Shown here: in pieces, positions 45,067-59,703 of the stretch | Layout: each line of letters starts with the position of its first letter | Numbering within the stretch: position 1 is the stretch's first letter | Source of the DNA: Octopus vulgaris | Taxonomy: Eukaryota | Assembly (NCBI GenBank): GCA_951406725.2 | Contig: OX597823.1 | Location: forward strand, 31,062,001 to 31,126,000 | Length of the DNA: 64,000 nucleotides | Direction: 5' to 3' | Made by a program: the position numbers and the translations under genes | The notes under the pieces: generated by a model | Database searches by the model: none | Seen by the model: only the letters and a program-made list of their open reading frames with translations | What the model was told of the DNA's origin: nothing

Positions 45067-45112
45067 AACACAACGTCTCGGCTGATAAACCCTCCAGCGT
45101 TCATCAGGTGTC
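45067..45112 (-). ncRNA. Degenerate minimal type I hammerhead
   Basis: GACAC-CUGAUGA-ac-GCUG..CAGC-c-GAGA-CG-UU-GUGUU. GAAA is mutated to GAGA; stem III is the ACGU palindrome. Confidence 0.65.
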
Positions 45113-45169
45113 TTGGGGAAATTTCGAACCTAGTTTCTCATTCCTAAGGTATTCCGAACTTTGTATGGT

Positions 45170-45940
45170 AGATTCCCAAAGGTATTAGCAGCAAATAGTA
45201 GAAGTGAGACATGGTTATGGATGCAGAAAGGAAGGCTGAAAAGGGGGGGGGGGCAGTAAGTCTGTTAGTAGCAGCGCAAGATCAAGCATTAAGGACTAAG
45301 TGAATAAAAGCCCAGATAAGACAAAAACCAAGTAGATTCCCAATGTAGGCTATGCAAATCAAAAGAGGAAAGTGTTACTCAAATAGTAAGTGGTGAAGAA
45401 GAAGAAGAAGAAGAAGAAGGAGGAGGAGGAAGAGGTGGAGAAATTGGATCGCTAATCATAGCTGGGCAGGAAGAAACCATCAGAATGAACTCGATAAAGG
45501 CAAGACTAATGAAATTCAATCAGGCAGCAATTGAAGAAAGAGTCGAAAGAACTAACTAAGCGAGCACAGTAAGCTAAGGCAAAAGAATTCATTGAGATAT
45601 CTGTGTCGGTAAAGTAGTTTACTGAATGTTAATCAAGGCCGTAGTTTACTGAATGTTAGTTGAGACCGTAGATTTGAGGTGGCGAATATATAGTATGAAC
45701 ACGAGGTCAATGACAATTACAGAAGTTTATGCGATTTCTCCATATAGACTGATCATATTACTGAAACAAGTGGACCAGATTCATTCGTGAAAGACAGAAA
45801 ATAGGAACATCTCCCATACGAGAGGAGAGTGGATATTTCTGAAGCTGAGGACATTGAGAAATATCAAGATTTATCCAGAGAAGATTGTGTAACATTAGGG
45901 TAAAAATGTTCATAAGATAAGTGGTGCACCGAGCACAACC
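45170..45940 (+). mobile_element. R4/Dong-type LINE relic
   Basis: TWLWMQKGRLK, LLVAAQDQALRT, CRLCKSKEESVTQIVSG. Confidence 0.7.
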
Positions 45941-46149
45941 TCTAAAATGCTATCTCTACAAGAGGAACAGTGAGAGTTAGTGACAAGAAAGGGAGAAGAC
46001 ATTGAGTATTCTCTTTCAAAGAAAATAGTAATTTAATCTTCGAACCCAAGAAAACAAATTTTAGCAAAAGATAAACAATTGAAAAAGATGATAAATAGAT
46101 TAAAAAGAAGATAAACGAGGAAAATGACAATAAATCAAACAGATAAATC

Positions 46150-47400
46150 TTCAAGTTACAGACGATTTAAAATCTGAAAACGCAAATTGGCACGACATAA
46201 CCAACAGCAGCAGCAAAAGCGACCACAATGACGATGACGACAACGACAATGTACACACGCTTTTTGTCAAAGGAGTAACTAAATTGAAAGCAATTTCCGC
46301 TCAATCTACGTTGCCAGTGGCAAAGAGATTTTGAAAGGTGTCCACGGAGCCGAGAAAAAATAGTTTGCGAAAGTTTTGTAACCAAGAAGGGCGTTTATTT
46401 ACCCTTATTTACCAAAACCTTTCATTCAAATGAGTATTTCAGTTTGAGAAACAGTAGACAAATTACCGACCTCAGTATCGTCAAAAACCGGAGTTAAATA
46501 GACGTCAACAAACGTCTATTTAAGCTAACAAAAGAATATTTAGAAGTAGTCCTGGTTAATATGTCAGAAAATATCTCCTCTATCAACCAGCGGAAAAGTT
46601 AAAGAACTGGATGTGAAGTTTTTCAAAGCTGAAGATACGGTGAAGAAGAAAAACAAGCTGTTGTATCATTCTGCTTTCCATACATTTGTATCACAATACT
46701 CGGGTCGGGTATTCACTACAATGTTCTCCCTAGGCTTGACGTCTCTTTTGTGGTACGTTATGAGCAGGTTATAAGTGCGGAGGCAGTCAAGAATATATAG
46801 ACAAGTGGAGAATCAATGGACAAAGATGTTCTAATGATACCGGAAGACCACTGACCCAACACAAAGCTGTGTCCCGTCAAGGGAGAATAGGAGAAGGTCA
46901 TTAGACTGGTCATGCAAAATAGAAACGTCTAGGTGCTACACTTGTGGCAGTAAGCACCATATGAGGGCTATTTCCTAAGTAAAAATCTAGAAACAGAAAA
47001 ATGAGCAGCAGAGGAAGCATCAACAACGTCAACTTACACAGATTTCTGCTTCAACAACATAACGAATTATACTACAGGTTATATCGTCGACGATAACCCG
47101 AAAACGTGCCTCGTCTTCAATCTCAAAATCCCGCTGATAATGAAGCAGACAACCAGGAAAGTAAGGAGTTCAATACAGTAGTACAACCTCATTTTCTTGT
47201 GACAAAGAGAAGAGGAACAAGGATTAGATTATAAAACTACCAGAAACATTTAAAAGGCCACAAACTCCTCAATGCATCCAAAAGGAAAATAACCGAAGGG
47301 GAAGACAAGGAAATGCCCAATGTTATTGTCTATATAGTCGTATTCTAGATTGGATGAATATGTTATTTAGCTTTTCTAGTGTACATTGTCTTACTTCGTA
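46150..47400 (+). mobile_element. L1/Tx1-type ORF1 relic
   Basis: CYTCGSKHH zinc-knuckle-like motif at about 46934-46960 in A-rich decayed coding-like sequence. Confidence 0.4.
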
Positions 47401-47936
47401 TGATCAGATCCATTGCAGTATTCCAAGTTTACACCAAAAGCGTATTATTATTTTTTTCTAAACCTAGGTAAAATAATTGCAGAAAAAAAAACAGGATCTT
47501 TAGTTTTGAAGGCATATTCGTAAATGTAACATAAATTATAGTCTCCTCAGATTTATATTCCAACCCTGGACATGCTTCAAGCAATTTTCAGCCTGTGCAA
47601 GGGGTTGCAATTTTAGTTCTAGTTTTATGGTTAGACATTGGTAGATCATGTGTATTCTTTTACTTTTTGTGTGTGATTTTGTCGTTTTCACCCTATCAAT
47701 CTATATAAACTGTGCACTTCATGTAGCCTTAAGGGTCTTAACCCTTATTTCTGGCAATACAGGTGCTATTCAACATAGTCACTCACAATTAAAGATAGTT
47801 AAATTTTCCGTTTTGACTTCATATTGCGCCTAGCTGCTTATATCAATTTTTAGTATATACATGAACATTTCGCTAAATCCGCCATAAATTTAAGTAGTAA
47901 AAATATATATACAGACAGATGTCTGTCTATCCATCC

Positions 47937-48034
<98 letters not shown>

Positions 48035-48324
48035 TTATTTGGCACTGTGGACGAGTGTGAAACTAACAGAGGAAACCGGTCCAGTGATCCTAGCTTTGCT
48101 AAGGGGCGGTTATCACCCCTGTCAGTGTATATAAATTGTGCACATTATGTAGCCTTAAGGATTCTGATTCTCATTTCTTGCAGTATAGGTGCTACTCAGC
48201 ACGCCCAGTCACAATTAGTGCGATTATACATACATACATACATACATACATACATACATACATACATACATACATGCATGCATGCATGCGCGCATACATA
48301 CATATTCATATATATATATCGATA

Positions 48325-48373
<49 letters not shown>

Positions 48374-49048
48374 TTGTGTATTATATATATATAATCGCAC
48401 TATATATATATAGAACAAAAGCGCAATAGAGGACAATAAAACATTCGGACAGATAGACGATATATAGGCGGACAGGAGAAACAACAATTAGAAGTACAGG
48501 CAAAAAAAGACGGGTAATTCGTATTTACGTCCCCGTAATTTAGCGGTTCGGCAAAAGAGTAATAATAGAATAAGTAGTAGGCTTACAAAGAATAAGTCCT
48601 GGGGTCGATCTGCATAGCCGCAGTCAAATGACTGAAACAAGTAAAAGAATAAAAGAATATATATACATATATATATATAGAAAGGTAGATAGATAGATAG
48701 ACACAGACAGACAGACATAGATAAATAGATAGATAGATAGATAGACAGACAGACTGACAGACAGATAAATAGCTAGCTGGCTAGCTCGTTAGATAGATAG
48801 ATAGATAGATAGTTAGATAAATAGATAGACTGACAGACAGATAAACAGGTAGATCGATAGATAGACAGATAGAGAGAGAGAGAGATACATACATACATAC
48901 ACACATACATACATACATACATACATAAACAGATGTTTTATATATGGATATAAACTATGCATATACACGTACACACTCCAACACACATATCTATGTACAC
49001 ACACGCACATACATATATGTGTGTGTGTTTATATGTATATGTATATGT

Positions 49049-49081
<33 letters not shown>

Positions 49082-49281
49082 GATATGCACACACATATAT
49101 ATACGTACAAGAGTGAGCGAGAAAGACAGACAGAGAAAACATGTTAAGAAGATCAGTAACAATAACGATAAACATTAACCTCAGCATCAGCATGAGCATC
49201 AGCAGCATCATCAAAACAATACCAAGAACAACAACAAGAAATAACATCATCAATTTTAAGAACTGTAGCAGAGTGACGTAG

Positions 49282-49322
<41 letters not shown>

Positions 49323-49756
49323 CACACACGCACACACACACACACAAAGGCAGCCATGTATGTGAGCCACATAGACAGAGGCACACAAATACACACACAC
49401 TCACATATACATATATGTACGCCAACTTGCTGCAGTGACAGTGAACGGTGTGTAGACGATTAAAGCAGAATGCACCGAGTCAACTCTGGGAAACCGAACG
49501 GAATCGAATGAGATGGCGGAGGCGGGGGGGGATGAAAGGAGCGGGGGGCGACGGGGAGAGGAAGGAATATAAGCGACGGTGGGAGTGAGGGAGTGGAATA
49601 TATAGCGGAGGTGGTTATGGTAGTGGTGGTGGTGAGTGTGTGGGGGAGATTAAATGTGGGGCAGAACACATTTATTTCTGTTTCACAGTCATTGTATTAG
49701 AGACACACTGACGCATTGATTGATAGATAGACACATAGCTAGCTAAGATAGATAGG

Positions 49757-49824
<68 letters not shown>

Positions 49825-50047
49825 CTGGTAGATAGATAGATAGATAGATAGACAGATAGATAGATAATTAGATAGATAGATAGATAAAAGAAGAAAGAAA
49901 GAAAGAAAGAAAGAAAAGAGAGAGAGATAGGCAGATAGATAGATAGACAGAGATGGATAGATACATACATTACATATATACATTACATACATACATACAT
50001 AGGTAGGCTGAGTGAAAGACTGATGGTCAAAAAGATGCAGAGGTAGG

Positions 50048-50139
<92 letters not shown>

Positions 50140-50234
50140 CAAATGGGACAAGAACGCAAAATATCCTGACAAGTGATACAAAAATGGGACAGCAAAACAA
50201 CTAGATAGACGATACAAAGAAAATAAGGACAGAT

Positions 50235-50376
50235 CATTCGGAGTTTTCTTTCCTCGGTCGAGTTCCAGATTATCTTTACAATTTCGGCTGGTTATATTCG
50301 AGATTGCTCCAACTGGCCAGCGTCAAGGAAAAACTAAGTTAAGGGCATTAGATTCCTTGGAAGAAAGCAGCGGATG
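50235..50376 (-). ncRNA. Non-circularly permuted hammerhead-like motif, family A copy 3 (core U4C)
   Basis: Same layout as copies 1 and 2. Stem I is UCGA/UCGA here versus UCAA/UUGA in copy 2, a compensatory change. Core reads CCGAGGA; GAAA and AUC are retained. Host element is about 50140-50415. Confidence 0.7.
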
Positions 50377-50466
50377 TATACGAAAACAGGAGGGAAAAAA
50401 TACGGAGAATGTTACACATACATACATACATACATACATACATACATACATACATACATACATACA

Positions 50467-50498
<32 letters not shown>

Positions 50499-50519
50499 CA
50501 TACATATACATACATATAC

Positions 50520-50554
<35 letters not shown>

Positions 50555-50565
<11 letters not shown>

Positions 50566-50872
50566 GGCAAAATGTCTGTCTGTGTGTGTATCCCTTATAC
50601 AAATCCACAATTTTTCAGTTAGAGGGCTTGTACTTTCTATGGTCATTCAAAACCGTCCAAGGGTGGTAGTGCACATATTTACATTTCCCCAGTCACCCCG
50701 CAAAGCCATTAAAAAATCAATAGAAGTGACTTTTTTGTGAATTTTCCATCAAAAACCCAATCAAAATGCCCGAAACTTGATACGCCAATTGAATGCCAGC
50801 TACCTGTATGTGATTGGTCAGAGATTTGGACAGTACTCGCGTGTATGTGCGCACTCCGGGTCATAGTGCTAG
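50555..50872 (+). mobile_element. Probable non-autonomous Helitron
   Basis: Starts TATATAAA..TGTCTGTCTGTG and ends with a GC-rich segment followed by CTAG|T (50869-73). Confidence 0.5.
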
Positions 50873-50958
50873 TATTTATATATATAAATATATATAAATA
50901 TATATAAATATATATACATGTATCTGTGTGTGTATGTATGCATGTAAGTATATATATG

Positions 50959-51002
<44 letters not shown>

Positions 51003-51011
51003 CACATAAAT

Positions 51012-51225
51012 TTTACTCTTTTACTTGTTTCAGTCATTTGACTGCGGCCATGCTGGAGCACCACCTTTTGTCGAGCAAATCGACCCCAGGACTTATTCTT
51101 TGGAAGCCTAGAACTTATTCTATCGGTTGCTTTTGCCGAACCAGTAAGTTACGGGGGACGTAAACCCACCAGCATCTGTTGTCAGGCAATGCGGGAAGGA
51201 TGGGGGGACAAACACAGATGCACAA

Positions 51226-51297
<72 letters not shown>

Positions 51298-51466
51298 GAC
51301 GGGCTACTTTCAGTTTCCGTCTAACAAATCCACTCACAAGGCTTAGGTCAGCCCGAGGCTATAGTAGAAGACTGATACTGGCTCAACAAGGTGCCATGCA
51401 GTGGGACTGAACGCAGAACCATGTGGTTGGTAAGCAAGCTACTCACCACACAACCACTCCTACGCC
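51012..51466 (-). mobile_element. SINE family 1 copy
   Basis: Full-length similarity to family 1. Confidence 0.9.
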
Positions 51467-51643
51467 TATTTGTGTATTTATATATATATTATTGTGTCTG
51501 AAGGAATACATGTTACACCTTTGATGGGTGATGGCGATTATATAATATGTTGATTAAATCATCTCACCGATGTACTACGAGTGCAAAAATATGTCGAAAG
51601 AATTTCAAATGATTTGAAATAAAGAATGCCGGATAATGCATTC

Positions 51644-51704
<61 letters not shown>

Positions 51705-51705
51705 A

Positions 51706-51751
<46 letters not shown>

Positions 51752-51788
51752 GCTAGCTAGCTAGCTTGCTATCTACCTATTTATCTAG

Positions 51789-51831
<43 letters not shown>

Positions 51832-52060
51832 ATTCGTATATAGAAATTTGTGTGTGTGTGTGAGTTGTGTTTTCTGCATCCAATGGAAGACATGTCATGA
51901 ACGCTTAAGTTACGTAAATGTATGTAACAAACGCGATTTTAATGTAATCTTCCATTTTACGAAGTTTCCTGGGAAGTGGCATGTACATGTCTGTACCTTA
52001 CGTGAATTTTAAGGATTTTTGTATTTGAATATCCTTCCCTTGGCTTAAGTAGATCCGTAG

Positions 52061-52273
<213 letters not shown>

Positions 52274-52542
52274 TAGGTGTATGTGTGCATGTATGTGTTT
52301 CACGCGAGTGTGATTGATCATATGCATAAAGACACATGTACGTGGGTTTGCGAGCGCGCATGTGTATGTACGTACATGCGCGCATTTGCGTTTTCTATGA
52401 GCATTTTTTCTTTTTTACTTTCTCCTCTTCGGTTTTTTTTCCTTATTTCACGGTCATTCTAATAGCACTTTTATCTTAATAACGGTCAATTACATAGTAA
52501 TTTCCCTTTGTTTAACGGTCATTTTCATAGGATTTTTTGATT

Positions 52543-52612
52543 CCCTTGATAACTGACGAGATGCCGGAGCAGATTTCCGCTCCAACATCCGAAACTCGGA
52601 GTTTTATTATGG
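52543..52612 (+). ncRNA. Type I hammerhead ribozyme with long stem II and minimal stem III
   Basis: UGAUAA-CUGACGA-GAUG..GGAGC..GCUCC..CAUC-c-GAAA-CUCGGAG-UU-UUAUUA. Host element is about 52390-52712 and ends at (TA)n. Confidence 0.7.
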
Positions 52613-52707
52613 CAGCCGAATAATTGTCACATTTATATTACAGATAAATTCCTCTATTTACATAATATCGAGGTCTCATTCATGTTTTTGTTATCATACC
52701 ATTACTA

Positions 52708-52786
<79 letters not shown>

Positions 52787-53018
52787 CATGTGTGTACTCA
52801 GTATTCGAACTCAATGCTGGGAGCACTGCCTTGAGGGGTTTACTTGAACAAATCGACCCTAGTACAACTTTTTAAAGCCCGGAACTTATTCTATCGGTAT
52901 CGTTTACCGAACCGCTAGTTGGCGGGGTCGTAATCAATCCAACACTGGTTGTCAAGTGGTGCGGGCGGGGAGCACACACACAAAGATACACACACACACA
53001 CATACACACGCACAAACA

Positions 53019-53080
<62 letters not shown>

Positions 53081-53224
53081 CGACGTGCTTCTCTCAGTTT
53101 CCGTCTACTAAATCCACTCACAAGGTTTTTGTTGGCCCGAGGCTACAGTTGAAGATACCTGCCCAAGGTGCCATGCAGTAAGACTGAACCTGAAAACACG
53201 TGGTTGGAAAGTATATTTACCAAA

Positions 53225-54490
53225 ATTACATAAAAATATCTTGAAATACTAAAGAGTAAATTTATTCAATAAATTTGCCTTTGGTTTTAACCACGGCCGC
53301 CAGACGATTTCTGAATCTCCTGCAACTCTTCTTGACGGTCTCCTTGTTTAAGTTGGTGAACGCTGCCATAATCCTTGCCTTCAGTTCATATTTGGTGTTA
53401 CAAGGAGTTTTGTTGGTCTCTTGCTCAACTGCGTCCCGCACAATAATCAAGGTTTTGCAGTCTGGGGAGTTAGGTGACTAGATGTTAGTGGTATGTGGTC
53501 GTAGCAATTGTCTGACAGCCATGATTGGATTCTCCTGCTTGTGTGATATGATGCAGAGTCCTGTTGCCAGACATAGGGTGTTCCAGTAGCCACCCTCTTG
53601 ACTAAGGACAACACTACCTCCTCCAGGCACTTGATGTAGGCCTCCGTGTTGAGTCTGAGGTCGTGTGGGAGGCATAACGTCGCTATCACTAGTGATCACT
53701 CCAAACACCATGATGTTGACTGGATGTTTAATTTTCATCACTCTCGGTACATGTGTTAGGGACAAAGCAAGCCAACGGTTGTTCTGTGTGTTCACCATCT
53801 GATACTGGCAGAAATTTTTCTCTTCTGAGAAAAACCAAAGCATGTTATCTTGGAGGGGCTCCTTGAGTTTGTTCAAAAGCTTCGTAGAGCGGTATTTCCT
53901 CTTGCCCTTGATGGCTTGAGATCAAAATTGGCCCTTTCTGATGTTGTATGAGGAATACCGAATGTCTTCTTGCAATACCTGCCTGATAAGAAACTCAGAC
54001 ACTTCCATGTCCATGGTAATGGACCTGATTGACTTGGAGGGATCGTTGTCAACCATGGTAGGGATCTCACCAACAAATTCAGGAGTTCTTTTCTTATCAG
54101 AACGATCAGAGTGTTTTCCAAACTGCCGTACTTTCATAGTCACCATTAGACTCATCCAACTCTTTCCGAATCCTCTACATTGTTCTCAGACTGACACCCA
54201 AATACTCTAAAATGTTCGAATTGGAGCTTCCGGCAGGAATGCCAAGCAGTACAGCATATCGTTTCCAAATTTCTGGCAGAGTGAATGGTGTGTCATGCTG
54301 CTGTTTTTCTCACAGACGGTGCCAACTAATCCTACTATACTGTGTAGCTTTCATATCTTTGATAGGCTTCGGCCAGTATAGACCCAGGCCATGTCTAACT
54401 CAATAGCACCTCTGTAGTCGATAAAATCAAAACTAAACAATACGCATGCGCGAAATTCAAAATATAAAATGGCAACAGTTTACCCAACAT
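53225..54490 (-). mobile_element. maT/DD37D-like Tc1/mariner transposon relic
   Basis: FFSEEKNF..NTQNNRW, KHPVNIMVFGVITSD, YVWQQDSASYHTS, PNSPDCKP and C-terminal CRRFRNRLAAVV..G.FIE. N-terminal VDNDPSKSIR helix-turn-helix region. Confidence 0.85.
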
Positions 54491-54526
54491 GTGTATATAT
54501 GCACATACACACATACACCCCCCCAC

Positions 54527-54576
<50 letters not shown>

Positions 54577-55344
54577 GAGAAGGCTTCTTTCAATTTGCAC
54601 CTACGAATTCCACTTACAAGGCTTTGGTCAGTCTGAGGTTAAAGTAGAAGACACTCCCCCACGGTTCCACGCAGTGAGACTGAAACCAGAACCACGTGAT
54701 TGGGAAGCAAGCTTCTTTACCACACAGCGACGCCAGGTAGATAGTGAGAAAGTGAGAGTGTGAGAGAGAGAGAAAGAGAAAGAAAGAAAGAAAGAAAGGA
54801 AGAAAGAAAGAAAGAAAGAAAGAAAAAAGGAAGAAAGAAAGAAGGAAAGAAAGAAAGGGAAATTATAGCGACAAGGGAAAATAACAAAGTAAGTGTGAAG
54901 TGCGTAGAATAAGTGCAACACAATGCAATATATTGCACTGACTGCACATTAAAATTGATTATGTAACTTGGTCGGTGAGATGGTAAGACGTACTAATCGA
55001 TGGTCAGATAGATCGATAGCCCTAGATATTATATGACAAACAGAACAATCAGAAAAGGCGGGTAAGGTCAGTAGAGTTGGTTAACAAGTCTACATTGCAA
55101 TCTGTTACTCATCCAGCCGATAGGTTTTTACCCCCCAACCCAGTCTTACTCACCACTTGGTAAACGGAAGCTTTAGACAATGCTAATTAATACATGATAT
55201 TCGTGTGAAATGCTGCAGGTGCCAATCCCGAAACCCAGTCTTCAGTGAAGCTCTATATTATTACGTTAATAAAAAAAATCTGATAGGCTGTAATTGTTGC
55301 TATATAATTTCCAACTTGTATAGCAGTTTTGTATTATCTCGTCG

Positions 55345-55376
<32 letters not shown>

Positions 55377-56162
55377 TGTATGTATGTATGTATGTATGTA
55401 TGTATGTATGTATGTATGTATGTATGTATGTATGTATGTATGTGTGTGTGTATGTATGTATGTATGTATGTATCTATGTATCTATGTACGTATGTATGTA
55501 TGTATGTATGTGTATGTATGTATGTATGCATGTATGTATGTATATATATAAATATGTATGTATGTATTTATGCATGTATATATGTATGCATGGATGTGTG
55601 TGCATGTATGTATGTATGCATGTATGTATCCATGTATGTATATATGCATGTATGTATGTATGCATATATGTATGCATGTATGCATGTATGTATGCTTGAA
55701 TATATGCATGCATGTATGCAAGTATGTATGTATGTATTATGCATGTATGTATCTATGTGTGCATGCATGTATACATGTATGTATGTATGTATGTATGTAT
55801 GTATGTATGTATGTATGTATGTATGTATGTATGTATGTATGTATGTATGTATGTATGCATGTATACATATACATAAACATGTTTGTATGAGTGTGTGGGT
55901 ATATATATATATGTATGTGTGTATGTAAGAAATAATTGAGATTCAGATGAATTAAGTACTTAGGCTGAAACACCAAATCAGTGCGTTTTTTTCGTACAAC
56001 TCAAACTAAGGTGAATAAAATCAAAATAATCAACAGGATATCACCTCTTGATATCCTTTTGCTTGTTTCGATTATATATGTATGTATTTATATATGTATA
56101 TATGCATATATGTATGTATGTATGCATATATATATATATATATATACATACATATATATATA

Positions 56163-56209
<47 letters not shown>

Positions 56210-57121
56210 AGAGAGAGAGTAGAGAGAGAGAAAGGAGAGAAAAACATATGACTGCAATATGCTTGTGAGTTTGTGTCCTTCGTTAAAAATATTTATTGTA
56301 AATTTTATGTATGCACGCTCACGGGCGCATGCTCAGACACACATGCATATTCATATCCGCATATACATTAAGATTCAAGATAATAATTACTGTAGAATCA
56401 TTTGTCGTTTTTTTTCAATTGTACTGAGAAACCTTTCAAAATATATTGCGTATATAATGTTGTTTAAGGAGTGAGTAAGCGGGAGAGGTTGTAGAAAGGG
56501 AGAGAAGAATGAAACGAAAAGTCGAAAAGTGAAGAAAGTGGAAGGAAGAAAAGTTGTCTAGATTTTTGAGCGAAATGCTATTTCGGTGAAATACTTTTCC
56601 TGCAGACATGGTGTGCGTATTTATGACAGTGCAGAGATTTTGACTTTAAAAACACGTATTTCACTCTCAAGGACCATGAAGCATTTTACAATCTACCCCT
56701 TCGATTTTCTTTTCATTCTTACCAAAAGAGATATTAGGATTTGTATGATTTCAGAACTTCACTATGCTGCGCTTACTTCTTAGAGATATCACTATTCGAA
56801 TGATCAATTGGTTTAAACCCCACTCTACCAAAAACAGAAAATAGGTTTATTGAATTAGACAACTTTAATTTTCGAACCTCTCTTGATTGATGCACTCATT
56901 ATTTCAAAGAAGCCTATTACTGAGTCTGAGACTAACATAATTCAATGCACAAGAAAATTCATAATATTCTAAGTTAATAGCGACTGGATATAAAAAAAAG
57001 ACAAAGTAAATCTAACCGTCATACTATTTTATGTGATTATAGGGTGCAGAGTTTCGAGTGAATCTGGTGCTATTGATGTATTATGTTTTAAACCGTCTGC
57101 AGTCTGAGATTACTCATACTC

Positions 57122-57344
57122 CTTTACTCTTTACTCTTTTACTTGTTTCAGTCATATGACTGCGGCCATGCTGGAGCACCGCCTTTAATCGAGCAACTCG
57201 ACCCCGGGACTTATTCTTTTGTAAGCCCAGTACTTATTCTATCGGTCTCTTTTGCCGAACCGCTAGGTAACGGGGACATATACACACCAGCATCGGTTGT
57301 CAAGCAATGCTAGGGGGACAAACACAGACACACAAACACACACA

Positions 57345-57390
<46 letters not shown>

Positions 57391-57556
57391 ATACGACGGG
57401 CTTCTTTCAGTTTCCGTCTACCAAAACCACTCACAAGGCTTTGGTCGGCCCGAGGCTATAGTAGAAGACACTTGTCCAAGGTGCCACGCAGTGGGACTGA
57501 ACCCGGAACCGTGTGGTTGGTAAACAAGCTACTTACCACACAGCCACTCCTGCGCC
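57122..57556 (-). mobile_element. SINE family 1 copy
   Basis: Full-length similarity. Further copies lie at about 2283-2590, 7655-7925, 29995-30062, 30770-30975, 48510-48660, 52810-53210 and 54575-54735. Confidence 0.9.
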
Positions 57557-57579
57557 TATTCTTTTCCTTTTAGAAACAT

Positions 57580-58573
57580 TAAGAAGGAGCTGATGCTAAC
57601 TTCTCAAATACATATGGTCGCTAAGTGGTAGTCAGTGGGATCAAGATCGGCTGAGCATGGTGGATGATGGAGAACTTCCAACTTCAACTCTTGTAGTTTT
57701 GCCAATGTCATTTTTGCGATGTGTGGTCTGGAATATGTCTTAAAATAAAATAGGAGTGGATCTATTGACTAATCTAGGTTTTTTTGTAAGTTTCTGCATA
57801 AGATGGTCCAGTTGGCTGCAGTATACTTCGGCCGTGACTGATGAGCCAGGTTTAATGAAATCATAATGGCTCGCACCTGTGCCAGACCACCAAATACACA
57901 CCATCAGCTTCTTTTGATGAATTTTGCTTTTTGAGCTGTGTTTTGGTGGCTCGTCTTTGTCCAACCATTGTGTTGAACGTTTACGGTTTTGTTGTATTGA
58001 ATGTATTTCTCATCACATGTTACAATTCAATTAAAAAATGATTCACTTTTGTGACGAGAAAGTAGCATAATGAAGGCTTCCAAACGTTGCTGTTTCTGAT
58101 TTTCATTGTGTGCATGTGGAACCCACTTATCCAACTTTTTCACTTTACTGATTTGAACTAGGCGAGTCAATATTGTTTGCTTGCTAACACCAAACAACTC
58201 GACCGCGGCTTTCAGTTCGTCATCATCCACCTTTGTTTCTGGTTGACCGCGTTGCTCATTTGTAAGATCAAAGTTACCAGAACGAAATTTTACAAACCAA
58301 TTTGATACTGTCTGCTGAGTAAAAACATTAGAAAGAAATACTCCATTAATATCCCGAGCTGTCTGTGATGCTGTATTTGCAAGAAAGAACTGATATTTCA
58401 AAACTGTACGAATTTCCGACTTATCCACCTCTAAACAAAAATATCAAAAAACGATTTATAAAATGAGTTAATATAAAAAAATTAGATGTGTCAGCTTTCT
58501 AACAAAATGTAGGGTCAAAATATAATAATGACGCAAAATGAGCAGCTGCCAAAGTTTATACTTGATTTCCTAA
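57580..58573 (-). mobile_element. Mariner (DD34D) transposon relic
   Basis: MDKSEIR..WFVKFRSGNFDL..KWVPH, VTCDE, KLMVCIWW, HPPCSADLDPTDYHL. A TA-TTAGG.. terminal sequence lies at 58569-58575. Confidence 0.9.
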
Positions 58574-58591
58574 TATATATGTATATATACG

Positions 58592-58623
<32 letters not shown>

Positions 58624-58863
58624 TGTATGTATGTATGTATGTATCTATGTATGTATGTATGTATGTATGTATGTACGTACGTACGTACGTACGTATGTAT
58701 GTATGTATGTATGTATGTATGTATGTATGTATGTATGTATGTATGCATGCATGCATGCATGCATGTATGTATATATATGTATATATAGTGAAAATTTACA
58801 AAAAAGAAAAACAAAAGACGAAGACGGGTGTGTATTAGTTTAACGCTCGGGAAGTGAGAAAGA

Positions 58864-58899
58864 CTTTTATGTTTCGAGCCTACGCTCTTCGACAGAAAG
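58864..58899 (-). ncRNA. Hammerhead-like variant with CUGUCGA core (family D)
   Basis: CUUU-CUGUCGA-a-GAGC-GUAG-GCUC-GAAA-CA-UA-AAAG. Related copies lie at about 18702-18736 (+) and 59927-59961 (-). Confidence 0.5.
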
Positions 58900-58905
58900 G
58901 AACAC

Positions 58906-58961
<56 letters not shown>

Positions 58962-59564
58962 GTGTGTATAAAATTACACACGGGGAGGAGAACGACTAGG
59001 TGGTCATCTTGCATGCTAGAAACTGATGTCAAATCCCAAAACCACAAAAAATACATTCTTAGCACGTTGACTGTCAGCGGACAAGACAATCTGAAAAAAA
59101 TTAAAAAGACCAGTTAATGTTATACTCTGAGGTTTCATCACTAATTATAAATAATATTAACAGTGGATCTTCAGTAGAACCTGCTGGGGATATATAATTA
59201 TAAAACTCAAATACATACCATATCCAAAAATACACACGTGCATATCGAGTGTTATCGTTCCACATCTTGAATTCAATTCAAATGTCTTCAACCAACGTGC
59301 CAAGCCAGAATAAATCAGCAGTTAATAAAATTCAGCAGTGAATCATCCGACTTAAGAATATATATATATATAATAAATATTAGGGAATAAATCCAAATTT
59401 ACAAGGAAAAATCAGATTTAAGATTGAATCCAATTTTATAATAAAATATTATATTATAATAAATTAGAGACAAAACCACTATTATGCAAATCAAACAAAG
59501 AAAGACTTAAGCCAGTACATAAAATATAAAATAATTTATATAAATTAAAATTTAACAAATGAAT

Positions 59565-59616
59565 AACCACTACGATCGTTTCGTGTCAGCACATCTTAGA
59601 CATTCTTCAGGTGGTT
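59565..59616 (-). ncRNA. Minimal type I hammerhead ribozyme, inverted identical copy
   Basis: Exact reverse complement of 59652-59703. Confidence 0.85.
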
Positions 59617-59651
59617 CCTTCATAGTTTATAACTCGCTAAGAAGGTTTAGA

Positions 59652-59703
59652 AACCACCTGAAGAATGTCTAAGATGTGCTGACACGAAACGATCGTAGTG
59701 GTT
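59652..59703 (+). ncRNA. Minimal type I hammerhead ribozyme (Penelope-like-element type)
   Basis: AACCAC-CUGAAGA-a-UGUC..GACA-c-GAAA-CGAUCG-UA-GUGGUU: 6-bp stem I and a palindromic stem III (ACGAUCGU). Confidence 0.85.

Noticed and set aside
47688-48218. Diverged direct repeat of about 100 bp (47688-47790 and 48113-48218) as an LTR pair
   Set aside because: There are no TG..CA ends or internal domain; more likely two copies of a retroelement 3' UTR.
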